A stretch of DNA of 64,000 nucleotides, taken from positions 77,004,001 through 77,068,000 of the forward strand of contig OZ024745.1 of the NCBI GenBank assembly GCA_964016885.1. The letters are read 5' to 3'. A program made the translations under genes and the position numbers. Under the pieces are notes generated by a model. The model did no database searches and was not told where the DNA came from. It worked only from the letters and a program-made list of their open reading frames with translations. Source of the stretch: Eledone cirrhosa. Lineage: Eukaryota. Positions 25,175 to 38,881 of this stretch are shown in pieces; positions within the stretch are counted from its first letter, which is position 1; each line of letters begins with the position of its first letter.

Positions 25175-25797
25175 GGGAATATATGTATGTGTTATGTGTG
25201 TGTATCTGTCTGGATGTGTACATATTTGTTGTGTATATACATGTTCCAGTTCCCGAGAACAGCACTAGAAGAAAATAGAAGAGAAAATAAACATACATAC
25301 ATACATACATACATACATACATACATACATACATACATACATACATACATACGTAAGTACGTACATACATAAACACACACACACATACTCATAGAGCAAT
25401 AGCAGCAGCAGCATCATCAATAGCAAGAACAACATCAACAGAGGTAGCGGTGGCAGCAACAGCTGCTGCAGCAGCAGCAGATACAGCAGCCAGCAGGAGT
25501 GAGTGAGCGAGTGAGGAACCAGCGAACGATGCAACAGGAATGAATCGCATTTGACTATCGGAATATACACTAGTTTTGCATTTCGTCTCGCTTGTACACA
25601 TACACATATACTCATATATATAGCAATGAGAGAGTGCCAAGGAAATGCACTGTGAACCATACTATGTTCCAATGCGTTGAAAACAAAACTCTACCTTCTA
25701 TCGGAAATATAGAGCAGCCATGTTGGATGTTTGGAGCTAGATCTCACCGGATCCCCCTCTCTTGTATGAATATTTTGGCTGAGAGGACAGATACACC

Positions 25798-26942
25798 ATG
25801 ATGGAAATGCGAATAAGTAACGTGGCTTTACTATGTTGGGGGATGGTGTTTTCTGTCGAAATACTGATGGAAACTACGGCCCAGGTCCTCTCCTTGGATA
25901 TTCCCCATTCTGTCAAAACTGTAGCTTTTGCATCATCTTCATCTTTTTCTTCCCAACAACGATTTAGTAAATCTTCCGATCTCACTGCACTCAGGTCAGA
26001 CCGTCATCTCAGTCATCGTCGGACTCGCTCTCAACCGCCTTTGATGCCATCAAAATTCTCTCTCGGCTCTAATTTAGCTGCAGTAGAAGACGTGAAAAAA
26101 GCATCCGATTCATTGTCATCGTCGTCGTCTTCATCATCATTATCACTGTCATTATCATCGTCAGCATCATCATCTTCAATATCATTATCTTCATCTGTGG
26201 CTTCTTCCTCTTCAGCGTCGTCATTATCGTTGTCGTCATCGCTTTCCTCTTCTTCAAAATCCGTTTTATTTGGACGCCCTGGAGGAACGGCTGATTCTGT
26301 AACAACAGCCCTAGAGTATATGGAAGGGACTTTAATTGCATCTGAAGTGGCTAAATGTGAAAACCTCCCGCTTCTAGACCAGTTCAAAGATGAATTGGAC
26401 AAACAGTCCTTTACTACATTTGACTCTGAAGGTATTGGCCCCGTTCGAGTGGCCAATACGCTTACTCGTCTCAGTTTAATGAGTAGTCCTTCTCTCCCGT
26501 ACCCCCAAGAAAGCAGTGGCAGGGATTCCTTCCATTCGGTTCTGTTGGGAGGCTTACTCTCTCAAAGCAAGGTGCTCGCAGGTGCTGCAATTGTTCTGTC
26601 CCGAGGAGCAACGGCCAACCCAAACAACACTCGCCACATCTATGTGTATCCAAAAGAAAACCATTATGTTACTATGGATACCGTTTCAGAACAACGCCGG
26701 AAAGTTTATTCGGCAATGTTACAGCAATATCTTAATAACAACAACCACTCACTCCCGTCAAACCATAGCCCTGACGATGGCTATGTAAAGCTTTCGGACG
26801 AAGCTAACAAAGATAGGATTCAGTTTAAATCTGTGAATTTCCAAGCTGGATCGTGGAGCCATATATACTTTGACTGTAATCTTACGAAATCTTGGCTTCT
26901 TTCCTACGCTGCTCCGTATTTAGATTCTAAAGGAGCATACAG
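25798..26942 (+). CDS. GPR158: First coding exon (about 381 aa) of a GPR158/GPR179/Smog-like class C GPCR: signal peptide, Ser-rich linker and Cache-type ectodomain
   Basis: It is the only long non-repetitive ORF, with start context acaccATG and a hydrophobic N-terminus. The motifs PVRVANTLT and GSWSHIYFDCNLTKSWLLSYAAPY match, from recall, the AxxxANxL and WxxPYFDC...WxxxYxxPF motifs of GPR158-family ectodomains. The ORF ends at a splice donor TAC AG|gtaaag (26942/26943), so the TAA at 26944-26946 is intronic. This is a family-level call; orthology is not established. Confidence 0.8.
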
Positions 26943-27199
26943 GTAAAGTTTCAGTACATTTTTTGCACAATATTCTTGTTTGTTATAACAAATATCTCAC
27001 ATTGCATATATGTTTGCTTTTATTTATTGTTTACTGAAAACTATCTTTCCATGTAAATAGGTATCACACTTTTGAAAGTTTATTTATCATTAGTATTAAT
27101 ATTGTTATTGCTGATATTGTCATTCTTCTTCTTCTTCTTCTTCTTCTTCTTCTTTATTATTATTTTATTGTTGTTGTTGCTGTTGTTATTATTCGATGT

Positions 27200-27365
27200 T
27201 GCCATTTGGCAGAAACGATTTAGTTATGTCCCTTTACATTCTAAGTTCAAATCCAGATGGAGTCAGCTTTGGCCTCTCGCTATGCAAGGACCATGACACA
27301 AGTAACTGTTGATCCAATCAACCACACACTTTTTACCAAAATGTGTGGCAGTGTAGAAAATGTTT
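27200..27365 (+). mobile_element. Degenerate SINE of the same family as 51613-51995
   Basis: cctttacattctaagttcaaatcc...agtcagctttggcc resembles gcccttgccattctgagttcaaatcccgccgaggttaactttgc. Confidence 0.45.
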
Positions 27366-28180
27366 AAATCATCATCGTTTGTATCATTATCAACCACTAT
27401 ATATTCCACATCGTTATTGATATATTTGACATTCAATCCACGTGGTCAAAAATATGTATTTTCTTATAATCTAATAATTTTATGAGCAAGAACGTATGTA
27501 TATTGGGAAGACCCTAAATGGATTTAATATTTTAAAAATGTATTGCCATGTCTTTCACTTTTTAGCAAAGATTTATTTTAATTATTTATTTCAGATTTTG
27601 AAAATATGTTATCAATAAAGTTTTCATAATAAAATTTCAGGTAACATATTTTGAAAATCTGAAATAAAAATTAAGAATAATTTATTGTTAAAAAAATGTA
27701 ATTAAATTTTCGAATGGTAAAATAATTTACGGGCCTTATTGTATCTGTATGTACCTATCAATGCATGCATGTATGTATATTAAAGATATTTACTTATTAT
27801 TCCACAATGCTTCAAGCAAACTTCAATACTCTCATATATATATATATATGTGTGTGTGTGTGTATGTGTGTGTGTGTGCATGTTTGTGTGTGTGCGTGTG
27901 CATGTATATACATACAGACATGGAAACCCAAGTGTCACAGCGGTTAAATGAAAATAGAAAAGTTTTAAGCGTGACTATGGTCTTTACATGTATGTACATT
28001 CTGCTTTCATCAAAGGTATGGAGTACTAATTTGAATAGTGGTCTTACTAGTCATTAATTAGTAAGACCCCCATCCAGATATGAGTGTGTGCATGTGTGCT
28101 CGCGTGTGCCTGTGTACACATATGTGTATATGTATTTATATATGTTCATGCTCGTATACCTGCGTGTGCGTGCGAGTTTG

Positions 28181-28250
<70 letters not shown>

Positions 28251-28791
28251 CAAATATATATATATATGTGTGTATGTATATATATATATACAAATATATA
28301 TATATCTGTATGTATATATATATACAAATATATATATATATGTATATATATATATACAAATATATATATATATATATATATATGTGTATATATATATATA
28401 TAGTGAGTTAGAAACTCAGAGTAGTCGCTTACAATTAAATAGCTCTAAGCTCTGTGTATATATATATATATATATATGCATATGTACATATACAAATCTA
28501 CACATGTATGTGCTCTCTAAACCCTTCTGATACAAAGAAAGAAGAAAACTTAAATGCTAAAATGCTAACAGCAACATTTTGCGGTCATTTAATACAAACG
28601 AATTATTCAAAGGGTAAGACCATTATTCAATCATACAAGTGTTTGTTGACGCGGAAATTGTTCTAAAAATAATAATAGTTTCAGTCAGCAGTATTATCAT
28701 TCAATCAAGCCTGTTTAATGTTTAATCATTTAAGGGTGTGTGTTAATATCATCTTTGTTATATATATATATATACATACACACACACACAC

Positions 28792-28825
<34 letters not shown>

Positions 28826-28829
28826 ACAT

Positions 28830-29030
28830 ATATGCATGGACCCATAACTCTCCAAGGAGTCGTAGAGGCGATATATTGACATACGGCGCTTCTTGGGCAT
28901 TTTTATATACATACACATACACACATATATATATATATGTGTGTGTGTGTGTGTATATATGCATGGACCCATAACTCTCCAAGGAGTCGTAGAGGCGCTA
29001 TATTGACATACGGCGCTTCTTGGGCATTTT
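28830..29030. repeat. About 75-bp direct duplication separated by a (TA)/(CA)/(TG) microsatellite
   Basis: atatgcatggacccataactctccaaggagtcgtagaggcg...cttcttgggcatttt occurs at about 28830 and about 28957. Confidence 0.85.
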
Positions 29031-29134
29031 TAAAACCTGGTAGAGTGTGTATCCCCTTTTCTGGTCTGAGCAAAGAAGATTTCGCCCAAAGGAAGTGAAA
29101 AAGAGATGTAGAGAAAGAATCAACCCTACACTAG

Positions 29135-29277
29135 ATGACTACCTTTTTTTTTATTGACTTCGAAATGATACAATATAAAGTTGACCTCGGCGGGATTTGA
29201 AATCAGAAGACAGAGTGTCGGAGTGAATACCGTAAATGCTCTATCAGATGTTCTAACGACTCTGCGAATTCGCCGCT
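29135..29277 (-). mobile_element. SINE copy
   Basis: aaagttgacctcggcgggatttgaa...ctctgcgaattcgccgc matches 55673-55861. Confidence 0.65.
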
Positions 29278-29290
29278 TATCGATGCACAA

Positions 29291-29363
<73 letters not shown>

Positions 29364-29378
29364 CGCACCCACATATAA

Positions 29379-29415
<37 letters not shown>

Positions 29416-29448
29416 TATATACATTAAATATATATATACATATATTTA

Positions 29449-29485
<37 letters not shown>

Positions 29486-29515
29486 CTTCTTGCTACAATA
29501 CTTTCTATACCTTTC

Positions 29516-29568
<53 letters not shown>

Positions 29569-29571
<3 letters not shown>

Positions 29572-29737
29572 AAATTCCGTTATAACGAAATTCATGGGGG
29601 TATAAAAAAATTCGTTGTAACACAAAATTCTTTATAACGAGATCGACCTAACACATCGAGCCTGTGGCCGGGGAGTGAAAAAATGTCGACATCCTGAAAA
29701 ATTCGTTATAATGGTATTTTTTATAACGGAATTTTAC

Positions 29738-29740
<3 letters not shown>
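29569..29740. mobile_element. MITE of Tc1/mariner-pogo type in a (TA)n tract
   Basis: Terminal inverted repeats aaattccgttataa ... ttataacggaattt(tacctg), internal ttcgttataa-like subrepeats, TA on both sides. Confidence 0.65.
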
Positions 29741-29777
<37 letters not shown>

Positions 29778-29780
<3 letters not shown>

Positions 29781-30060
29781 AACGAGTAGGACCCCGACGG
29801 CTGAGCTCAAGCCGTTTCGACGGCTAATTCTGGAATTCTGGAATTAGCCGTCGAAACGGCTTGAGCTCAGCCATCGGGGTCCTACTCGTTCCTATTACCC
29901 ACTCTACTACCCTATGTATTGAGTACTTTGGTGCGTTATGGTCCACCTGGTTCCTTACCACATTTCCTTCGTTATATATATATATGGACCATAACGCACC
30001 AAAGTACTCAATACTTAGGGTAGTAGAGTGGGTAATAGGAATGAGTAGGACCCCGACGGC
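29778..30060. mobile_element. Penelope-like pLTR remnant (family A) with two inversions; it carries only the 3' half of the hammerhead
   Basis: Hairpin 29777-29895 (gaattagccgtcGAAAcggcttgagctcagcc...ggggt), then a tail with TGAGTACT (29920), a TA tract and an inverted copy of the tail (29986-30060). Same family at 41898, 47233 and 53954. Confidence 0.65.
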
Positions 30061-30504
30061 ATTAAAACCATCCAGATAGATCAAGAAAGGTAAAATGACA
30101 CACACAGGACAGACGTTTCATGTTGAAGTAAGATGGAACGTTGTAATTATGTGCATCAATGAAGAATCTGCATAAAGTAATAGATTGTTTGTGTTTTTAT
30201 GTTCGCCTCTATATTTATGGGTGAGGATCATGTATGCATGTTGCAACTACTAGTAGAGGGGGTTATGTGTGTGTGTATGCTTGTACGTGATGACTTGATT
30301 GTTATGAAAGTTTTGCATATACACGTCTCTGTGAAACGTTCGATTATAATATTTATGAATATCTATGTTTGATTCTACGCACGCGCACGCATGTATGTAC
30401 ACTGGTACACTGAGCTATATGTGTATGCGTGTTGATAAAGACACTCGCTCATACACACTCATACACACACACACACATACACACACACGCATGCAAATAT
30501 ATAA

Positions 30505-30564
<60 letters not shown>

Positions 30565-30590
30565 TTATATGTATGTATGTATGTATGTAC

Positions 30591-30672
<82 letters not shown>

Positions 30673-30761
30673 GTATGTATATATATATATACATATATAT
30701 ATATTATTAGTGCATATATATATATATATATATATATGTGTATATATATATATATACATAC

Positions 30762-30816
<55 letters not shown>

Positions 30817-31265
30817 TATATATACATGTACATATACATACACACACACACAAACATATATATATATATAGAGAGAGAGAGAGAAGGAAAGGGAGAGGAC
30901 GACAAGGAGTGGGACAACAGGAGAGGGATAGAGAGATGATATATATTTACTGATGTGAATTGAAATGAAGTGCAAAAAGTACTCAATACTGTTGAGATCC
31001 GGTGAAAGCATTTATACCAATGAATACATAAATACATCCTATATATATATGTGTGTGTCTGTGTGTGTGTACATATATATATATTATATATATACACACA
31101 CACACACAGACACATATATATATATGTGTGTGTCTGTGTGTGTGTACATATATATATATTATATATATACACACACACACACAGACACACATATATATAT
31201 ATGTGTGTGTCTGTGTGTGTGTGTGTACATATATATATGTTATATATATACACACACACACACAG

Positions 31266-31308
<43 letters not shown>

Positions 31309-31694
31309 TATACATATATATATATATACATATATATATACATATACATATATATATACACACATATATATATATATATATAATATGTATATATACATAT
31401 ATATATATAAATATATATATATAATATGTATATATACATATATATATATATAAATATATATATATACATATACATATATATACACATATATATAGATTAT
31501 ATATATATATATACATATATATATGCATATATATATATAAGAACATATATAAAAGTACATATTTATATGGGTATTTATGTGAATCTATGCGTATACCTGT
31601 TATGCATTCATATACATAGCTATACTAGAAACTGTATAATTAGAAGTAAATTTATCTAAACAAAGACGTTGGAGTTATATATATAATAGATATG

Positions 31695-31843
31695 TTTCTT
31701 TTATTTGCCACCAGGGCATCAAAAGTGGGACAAATACAAAGGGGGGAGTTTACACAAAAAGGCGTCCTCAATAAGGAGGAGGCAATAACAAAATATAAAA
31801 ATATAATAGATAGGTAGGTAAATAGACAGATTGATAGAAAGAC

Positions 31844-31876
<33 letters not shown>

Positions 31877-31915
31877 TATTTCTTTATTAGCCACAGGGGC
31901 ACAAAAGAAGGGGAC

Positions 31916-31968
<53 letters not shown>

Positions 31969-31973
31969 GATAA

Positions 31974-32005
<32 letters not shown>

Positions 32006-32598
32006 CTTTCTTTTTATTTGCCACCAGGGCATCAAAAAGTGGGACAAGTACAATGGGGGGGGGGGGGAGTTTACATAAAAAGGCGTCCTCAATAAGGAGG
32101 AGGCAATAACAAGATATAAAAATAAAATAAAATATAACAAAAATAAATTTAATAACAAAATCCTCAAAAGGGAGGAGACGCCTTGGGGGGTCGCACACAC
32201 TCCCGAAAAAAAGTGTGCAACCTTCTCCTCAGGAGCACAGAGAGGGGGTGCTCCCTTGATCTTTTATCTTCCTCACCTGTAGTCTGATGTAGAGTGAAGG
32301 TCCATTCACACGGGCCATTCTCGCCACTTTCACTCATCTTTCATAAAAACTAGATAGATAGATTTCTTTATTAGCCACAAGGGCGCAACAAGAAAGGGGA
32401 CAATACAAAGACATGCCGGGGATTTTACATAGTCGTGTAAAAAATATTAAAACAAACAATTTCAACAATCGAAATCCCCAATAGGGGGGAGGCGCCACAA
32501 ATGGGTTGTTTAATACCCCGTCGATAGAACAACCCTCAACTCAAGGAGCGTGTTGTGCAAGTGCTCCTTTCTTCCTTTTGCTCTCTTCCTCAACCTAC
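31695..32598 (-). mobile_element. Cluster of four co-oriented 3' LINE fragments (Tx1/L1-type) within (GATA)n: about 31695-31810, 31878-31915, 32007-32350 and 32362-32598
   Basis: Each ends on the minus strand in gtggc(t/a)AATAAA plus a CTAT-rich tail. The 32007-32350 piece translates FYER*VKVARMARVNGPSLYIRL, resembling the FxxRW...V.G..L C-terminus of Tx1-clade ORF2, with TGG mutated to TGA. Confidence 0.65.
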
Positions 32599-32833
32599 TA
32601 GATAGATAGATAGATAGATAGTTGCCTTCATGCAGCAGGTTGTTTAGTCTAGTCTGTGTGCAACTACCATTTTTCTAAAATAGCTCTTTGAACTTTCCAC
32701 TGTTTAGAAATATATTATGCCAATGTATGAGTGCTTAGCCTTTAGTGTTTGACTGAGATACTGTTCACATACACACACATGCTCTCTATCTGCTAAAAAA
32801 TATTCCTATACCTATGCCTATTAATTTATAAAT

Positions 32834-32905
<72 letters not shown>

Positions 32906-34893
32906 AGAGGGTATCTGAATATGTGCACGTACCAAGAAAAACGCGTACACACATACACAACCATATATGTATGTAGGTGCTTGTAAACGTCTACTCTAAC
33001 ATTGGAACAGTACATCTGCTTTTATGTAAATATATGTATATACGCGTGTATATGCATGTTCTGTATGTGTGGGCGTGTGTATGTGCGTCTATCTGTGTAT
33101 AGGTGTGGTGGATAGTTGAAATCACTATAAATATGTTAAATAATTTTATTTCATGAAATTGACCTAGATTATGGAATATTACCGAATATATTCAATAGAC
33201 GAATAAATGTCAAATCGCCATGACTGATCACATCATTAGAACAACTATATCAAATTATGTTTGAATTACTCTGAGGATAGCGACTATTTTGTTCATTTGT
33301 AGATCCACCCAATCTCTATCAACCTTGTGAGTGTTATTGCAGCCACAAGCCTGCTGGTGTGGTGTTACAAATCCCGGTGTCTCCATCCGGTAGATTCATG
33401 GTTGGTAAATGAAAAAGAGGCTTGAGTGATTTTCATTGGATAGTTGATAGGTACGTGAAGGAGAACGGAAGACTAAAACTAACCTGCTTTCCTTAATGCA
33501 AGAATTTGATATTAAATATGATCGTGGAATGTATTTTCTTTAAAAAAATTACGCTTTTATAGGTTATCAGTGAAATTCGTGTTAATAAACCAACGTTTAA
33601 ATATATCGTTAAATGTCTTATGGCAGTACCCTCCATTTCTTGTATTCAGACGTAACACATATCCATTTTGTGTTTTTTTACTGACATTTTGTAGAAAGCC
33701 GCCATGAATTTATGAATATTTTGATATATTAGGTGCATAAATTTTCATTAAATTCTCTCAAATGGAAACATTACGTAGACATGTAACAATTTCATTTAAA
33801 ATGGATGTCTCTAGCTGTCCGCAGAATAAGTAGGTTTCTAACTTCCGGTTCTGCTGCAATTGTCGAATTCAAATTACTTAAGCCTACCTTATATGTATAT
33901 GTATGTTTTCCATTGTTTATTTAATTTCATTGTTCTTTTCTAGTACTAATTCAAGTGTCTTAATTTATATCAAAACCTAATTCATTTGTCTATCAAAATC
34001 ATATTTAATTGTGGATATGCTGTACGAAATGTACATTTTTGATATTGCATGTAGCCACACCCATAAACACAAACACACACACACGTACAAACGCACGCGT
34101 GCACACACTTCCACGTGCTCGCATAGATACAGACCTCCACGTGTTCAGATACACATACACACACACACACATAGACGCCCCCTCCCCCACACACAAACGC
34201 ATCACACGCGCATACATTTCTACGCGCTTGCATATGCACGCACATATACACTGTGGCTATAGGAGAAAATTAATTGACGCTGGCCAGTTTCAAATTATTT
34301 ATTGAATAATATTGCAGAATCAATATTATTATCCACAATTTAAAGAGACAAGTAAAAAACCTGGTTCAAGAGTTCGTTTCCATTCTCAGCCGTGACCGTG
34401 AGTTTATAATTATTAATTAGAATATGAGATTATTATAAGAAAGTAATGATATACCAATAATTGTCCTATTTTCTTGATAGGCAATGACGCTTTTGTAGAA
34501 AGTATAAGAACATTTACATTATTCAAGGCTCAGATTATTGTATGAATAAGGTTGAGAATGGGCATAATGAAGCATTTACAATATTATATATATATTCCCG
34601 AAATCATCTGTTCAGTTTGCATAGTTGGAATGTATTTTGAAGCCTGCCTACAGTAGCATAACGTCTCCGATCTTTCATTGAATATCATGAAATATAATGA
34701 AAATCTTTTCGCTTAGGCAATGTTTACAGCATAAATTTAAACGAATGCCTGATCAATTTGTTTGTTTTTAATGCTTTTCGACTTGAGTTTATTTTAAAAA
34801 CCTCTATGCTTGGAAAGGTGTATAGAGGTTTCTTTTCCTTTCTTAAATGTATGAATATTTTGTTAAACGTTAACTTTTATATAATTTTTCGTC

Positions 34894-37800
34894 AATCTAA
34901 TAGACGTTCTGATAGTACTGTTATAATGTTATAGACGTTCTGATAGTACTGGTATAATCTAATAGACCTTCTGATAGTACTGTTATAATCTAATAGACGT
35001 TCTGATAGTACTGGTATAATCTAATAGACCTTCTGATAGTACTGTTATAATCTTATAGACGTTCTGATATACTGTTATAATGTTATAGACCTTCTGATAG
35101 TACTGTTATAATGTTATAGACGTTCTGATAGTACTGTTATAATCTTATAGGCCTTCTGATAGTACTGTTATAATCTTATAGACCTTCTGATAGTACTGTT
35201 ATAATCTAATAGACGTTCTGATAGTATTGTTATAATCTTATAGACGTTCTGATAGTACTGTTATAATCTTATAGACGTTCTGATAGTACTGTTATAATCT
35301 TATAGACGTTCTGATAGTACTGTTATAATCTAATAGACCTTCTGATAGTACTGTTATAATCTTATAGACGTTCTGATAGTACTGTTATAATGTTATAGAC
35401 GTTCTGATAGTACTGTTATAATCTAATAGACCTTCTGATAGTATTGTTATAATCTAATAGACGTTCTGATAGTACTGTTATAATGTTATAGACGTTCTGA
35501 TAGTATTGTTATAATCTAATAGACGTTCTGATAGTATTGTTATAATCTTATAGACCTTCTGATAGTACTGTTATAATCTTATAGACGTTCTGATAGTACT
35601 GTTATAATCTTATAGACGTTCTGATAGTACTGTTATAATCTTATAGACGTTCTGATAGTACTGTTATAATCTTATAGACGTTCTGATAGTACTGTTATAA
35701 TCTTATAGACCTTCTGATAGTACTGTTATAATCTTATAGACGTTCTGATAGTACTGTTATAATCTTATAGACGTTCTGATAGTACTGTTATAATCTTATA
35801 GACGTTCTGATAGTACTGTTATAATCTTATAGACGTTCTGATAGTACTGTTATAATCTAATAGACCTTCTGATAGTACTGTTATAATCTTATAGACGTTC
35901 TGATAGTACTGTTATAATCTTATAGACGTTCTGATAGTACTGTTATAATCTTATAGACGTTCTGATAGTACTGTTATAATCTTATAGACGTTCTGATAGT
36001 ACTGTTATAATCTTATAGACGTTCTGATAGTACTGTTATAAACTTATAGACCTTCTGATAGTACTGTTATAATGTTATAGACGTTCTGATAGTACTGTTA
36101 TAATCTTATAGACGTTCTGATAGTACTGTTATAATCTTATAGACCTTCTGATAGTACTGTTATAATCTTATAGACCTTCTGATAGTACTGTTATAATCTA
36201 ATAGACCTTCTGATAGTACTGTTATAATCTTATAGACCTTCTGATAGTACTGTTATAATCTAATAGACCTTCTGATAGTACTGTTATAATCTTATAGACC
36301 TTCTGATAGTACTGTTATAATCTTATAGACCTTCTGATAGTACTGTTATAATGTTATAGACGTTCTGATAGTAGTTATAATCTTATAGGCCTTCTGATAG
36401 TACTGTTATAATCTTATAGACCTTCTGATAGTACTGTTATAATCTTATAGACGTTCTGATAGTACTGTTATAATCTTATAGACGTTCTGATAGTACTGTT
36501 ATAATGTTATAGACGTTCTGATAGTACTGTTATAATCTAATAGACCTTCTGATAGTACTGTTATAATCTTATAGACCTTCTGATAGTACTGTTATAATCT
36601 AATAGACGTTCTGATAGTATTGTTATAATCTTATAGACGTTCTGATAGTACTGTTATAATCTTATAGACGTTCTGATAGTAGTTATAATCTTATAGACGT
36701 TCTGATAGTACTGTTATAATCTAATAGACCTTCTGATAGTACTGTTATAATCTTATAGACGTTCTGATAGTACTGTTATAATGTTATAGACGTTCTGATA
36801 GTACTGTTATAATCTTATAGACGTTCTGATAGTATTGTTATAATCTTATAGACGTTCTGATAGTACTGTTATAATCTTATAGACGTTCTGATAGTACTGT
36901 TATAATCTTATAGACGTTCTGATAGTACTGTTATAATCTTATAGACGTTCTGATAGTACTGTTATAATCTTATAGACCTTCTGATAGTACTGTTATAATC
37001 TTATAGACGTTCTGATAGTACTGTTATAATCTAATAGACCTTCTGATAGTACTGTTATAATCTTATAGACCTTCTGATAGTACTGTTATAATCTTATAGA
37101 CGTTCTGATAGTACTGTTATAATCTTATAGACCTTCTGATAGTACTGTTATAATCTTATAGACGTTCTGATAGTACTGTTATAATCTTATAGACGTTCTG
37201 ATAGTACTGTTATAATCTTATAGACGTTCTGATAGTACTGTTATAATCTTATAGACGTTCTGATAGTACTGTTATAATCTAATAGACCTTCTGATAGTAC
37301 TGTTATAATCTTATAGACGTTCTGATAGTACTGTTATAATCTTATAGACGTTCTGATAGTACTGTTATAATCTTATAGACGTTCTGATAGTACTGTTATA
37401 ATCTTATAGACCTTCTGATAGTACTGTTATAATCTTATAGACCTTCTGATAGTACTGTTATAATCTTATAGACGTTCTGATAGTACTGTTATAATCTTAT
37501 AGACGTTCTGATAGTACTGTTATAATCTTATAGACCTTCTGATAGTACTGTTATAATCTTATAGACGTTCTGATAGTACTGTTATAATCTTATAGACGTT
37601 CTGATAGTACTGTTATAATCTTATAGACGTTCTGATAGTACTGTTATAATCTTATAGACCTTCTGATAGTACTGTTATAATCTAATAGACCTTCTGATAG
37701 TACTGTTATAATCTTATAGACCTTCTGATAGTACTGTTATAATCTAATAGACCTTCTGATAGTACTGTTATAATGTTATAGACCTTCTGATATTACTGTT

Positions 37801-38270
37801 ATAATCTTATAGACCTTCTGATAGTACTGTTATAATGTTATAGACGTTCTGATAGTAGTTATAATCTTATAGACCTTCTGATAGTACTGTTATAATCTTA
37901 TAGACCTTCTGATAGTACTGTTATAATCTTATAGACGTTCTGATAGTACTGTTATAATCTTATAGACGTTCTGATAGTACTGTTATAATCTAATAGACCT
38001 TCTGATAGTACTGTTATAATCTTATAGACCTTCTGATAGTACTGTTATAATCTTATAGACCTTCTGATAGTACTGTTATAATCTTATAGACCTTCTGATA
38101 GTACTGTTATAATCTTATAGACGTTCTGATAGTACTGTTATAATGTTATAGACGTTCTGATAGTACTGTTATAATCTAATAGACCTTCTGATAGTATTGT
38201 TATAATCTAATAGACGTTCTGATAGTACTGTTATAATGTTATAGACGTTCTGATAGTACTGTTTTAATCT
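34894..38270. repeat. 31-bp tandem satellite, consensus ATAGACGTTCTGATAGTACTGTTATAATCTT, about 109 copies
   Basis: Read directly. Variants are GACG/GACC and CTTA/CTAA/GTTA; a 3-bp deletion variant recurs at about 36371, 36680 and 37855. Confidence 0.97.
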
Positions 38271-38662
38271 GGTGGAAGCTTAGTGCACTAAATGAAGACT
38301 TTTGAAATTCAATTACTGGTTAACTGATGATTATTTAGATATAAACGTGTCATCTATGTTGGAAATAATAATTATTAATAAAATAATAGCTAGTAAAGAT
38401 CTTGACTCATTTTGAAAGAAGTAGGTATAGGGCAAAATTTCATTTTCTGAGTAGAAAAGTTGCATTAGCTTCAAAGTTTCGGCTTTTTCAATTCATCTCT
38501 CTGCACTTTGTGGTGGAAACAGTCATATTTATAATGTGGAAAGTGATATGAGGCTAAACAATGTAAAATAAACGGTGAGATGTAGGTAACGGAAAAGTTA
38601 GTTACCTGGCAATCTTTGTTTTGTTTTGTTTTTTTGTTGTTGTTGCTGTTGTTTCTTTCGTT

Positions 38663-38698
38663 CTAATATTTCGGGGCTTAAAATTCCCTTCTTCAGAG
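38663..38698 (-). ncRNA. Minimal type I hammerhead motif (Penelope-type)
   Basis: Minus strand reads ct-CTGAAGA-A-GGG(aattttaagc)CCC-GAA-ATAT-T-ag; stem I is only 2 bp. Confidence 0.5.
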
Positions 38699-38847
38699 TA
38701 TAGGGAACTCTCAGAGAAAAATGTTCCAGTTTATTCTCTTTGGAATTAAATTTAGATTTAATTTATATTAGTTTATATAGGTTTAGGCAGTAGTAGGATG
38801 TAGGAAGAGTGGAAAATCTATTTGTAATAGGGTACCAGATGAGTGAT

Positions 38848-38881
<34 letters not shown>

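Noticed and set aside
22552-25672. Poly-G/H/V/S/T/Y ORFs
   Set aside because: Translations of trinucleotide and tetranucleotide microsatellites.
26031-26788. Antisense and alternate-frame ORFs, including an acidic D/E-rich one
   Set aside because: Shadows of the Ser-rich GPCR exon.
30100-30165. Minus-strand GAAACGTC half-motif
   Set aside because: No intact CUGANGA or pairing stem II upstream.
33563-33710. Possible exon 2 after ttttatag (also ttttgcag at about 44521)
   Set aside because: Phase-compatible translations lack the expected D-I-N-Q-C-type motif of GPR158-family proteins and reach stop codons.
34894-38270. 31-bp array as a CRISPR array or hammerhead tandem
   Set aside because: There are no unique spacers and the context is eukaryotic; the unit has CTGATAG rather than CTGANGA and lacks GAAA.
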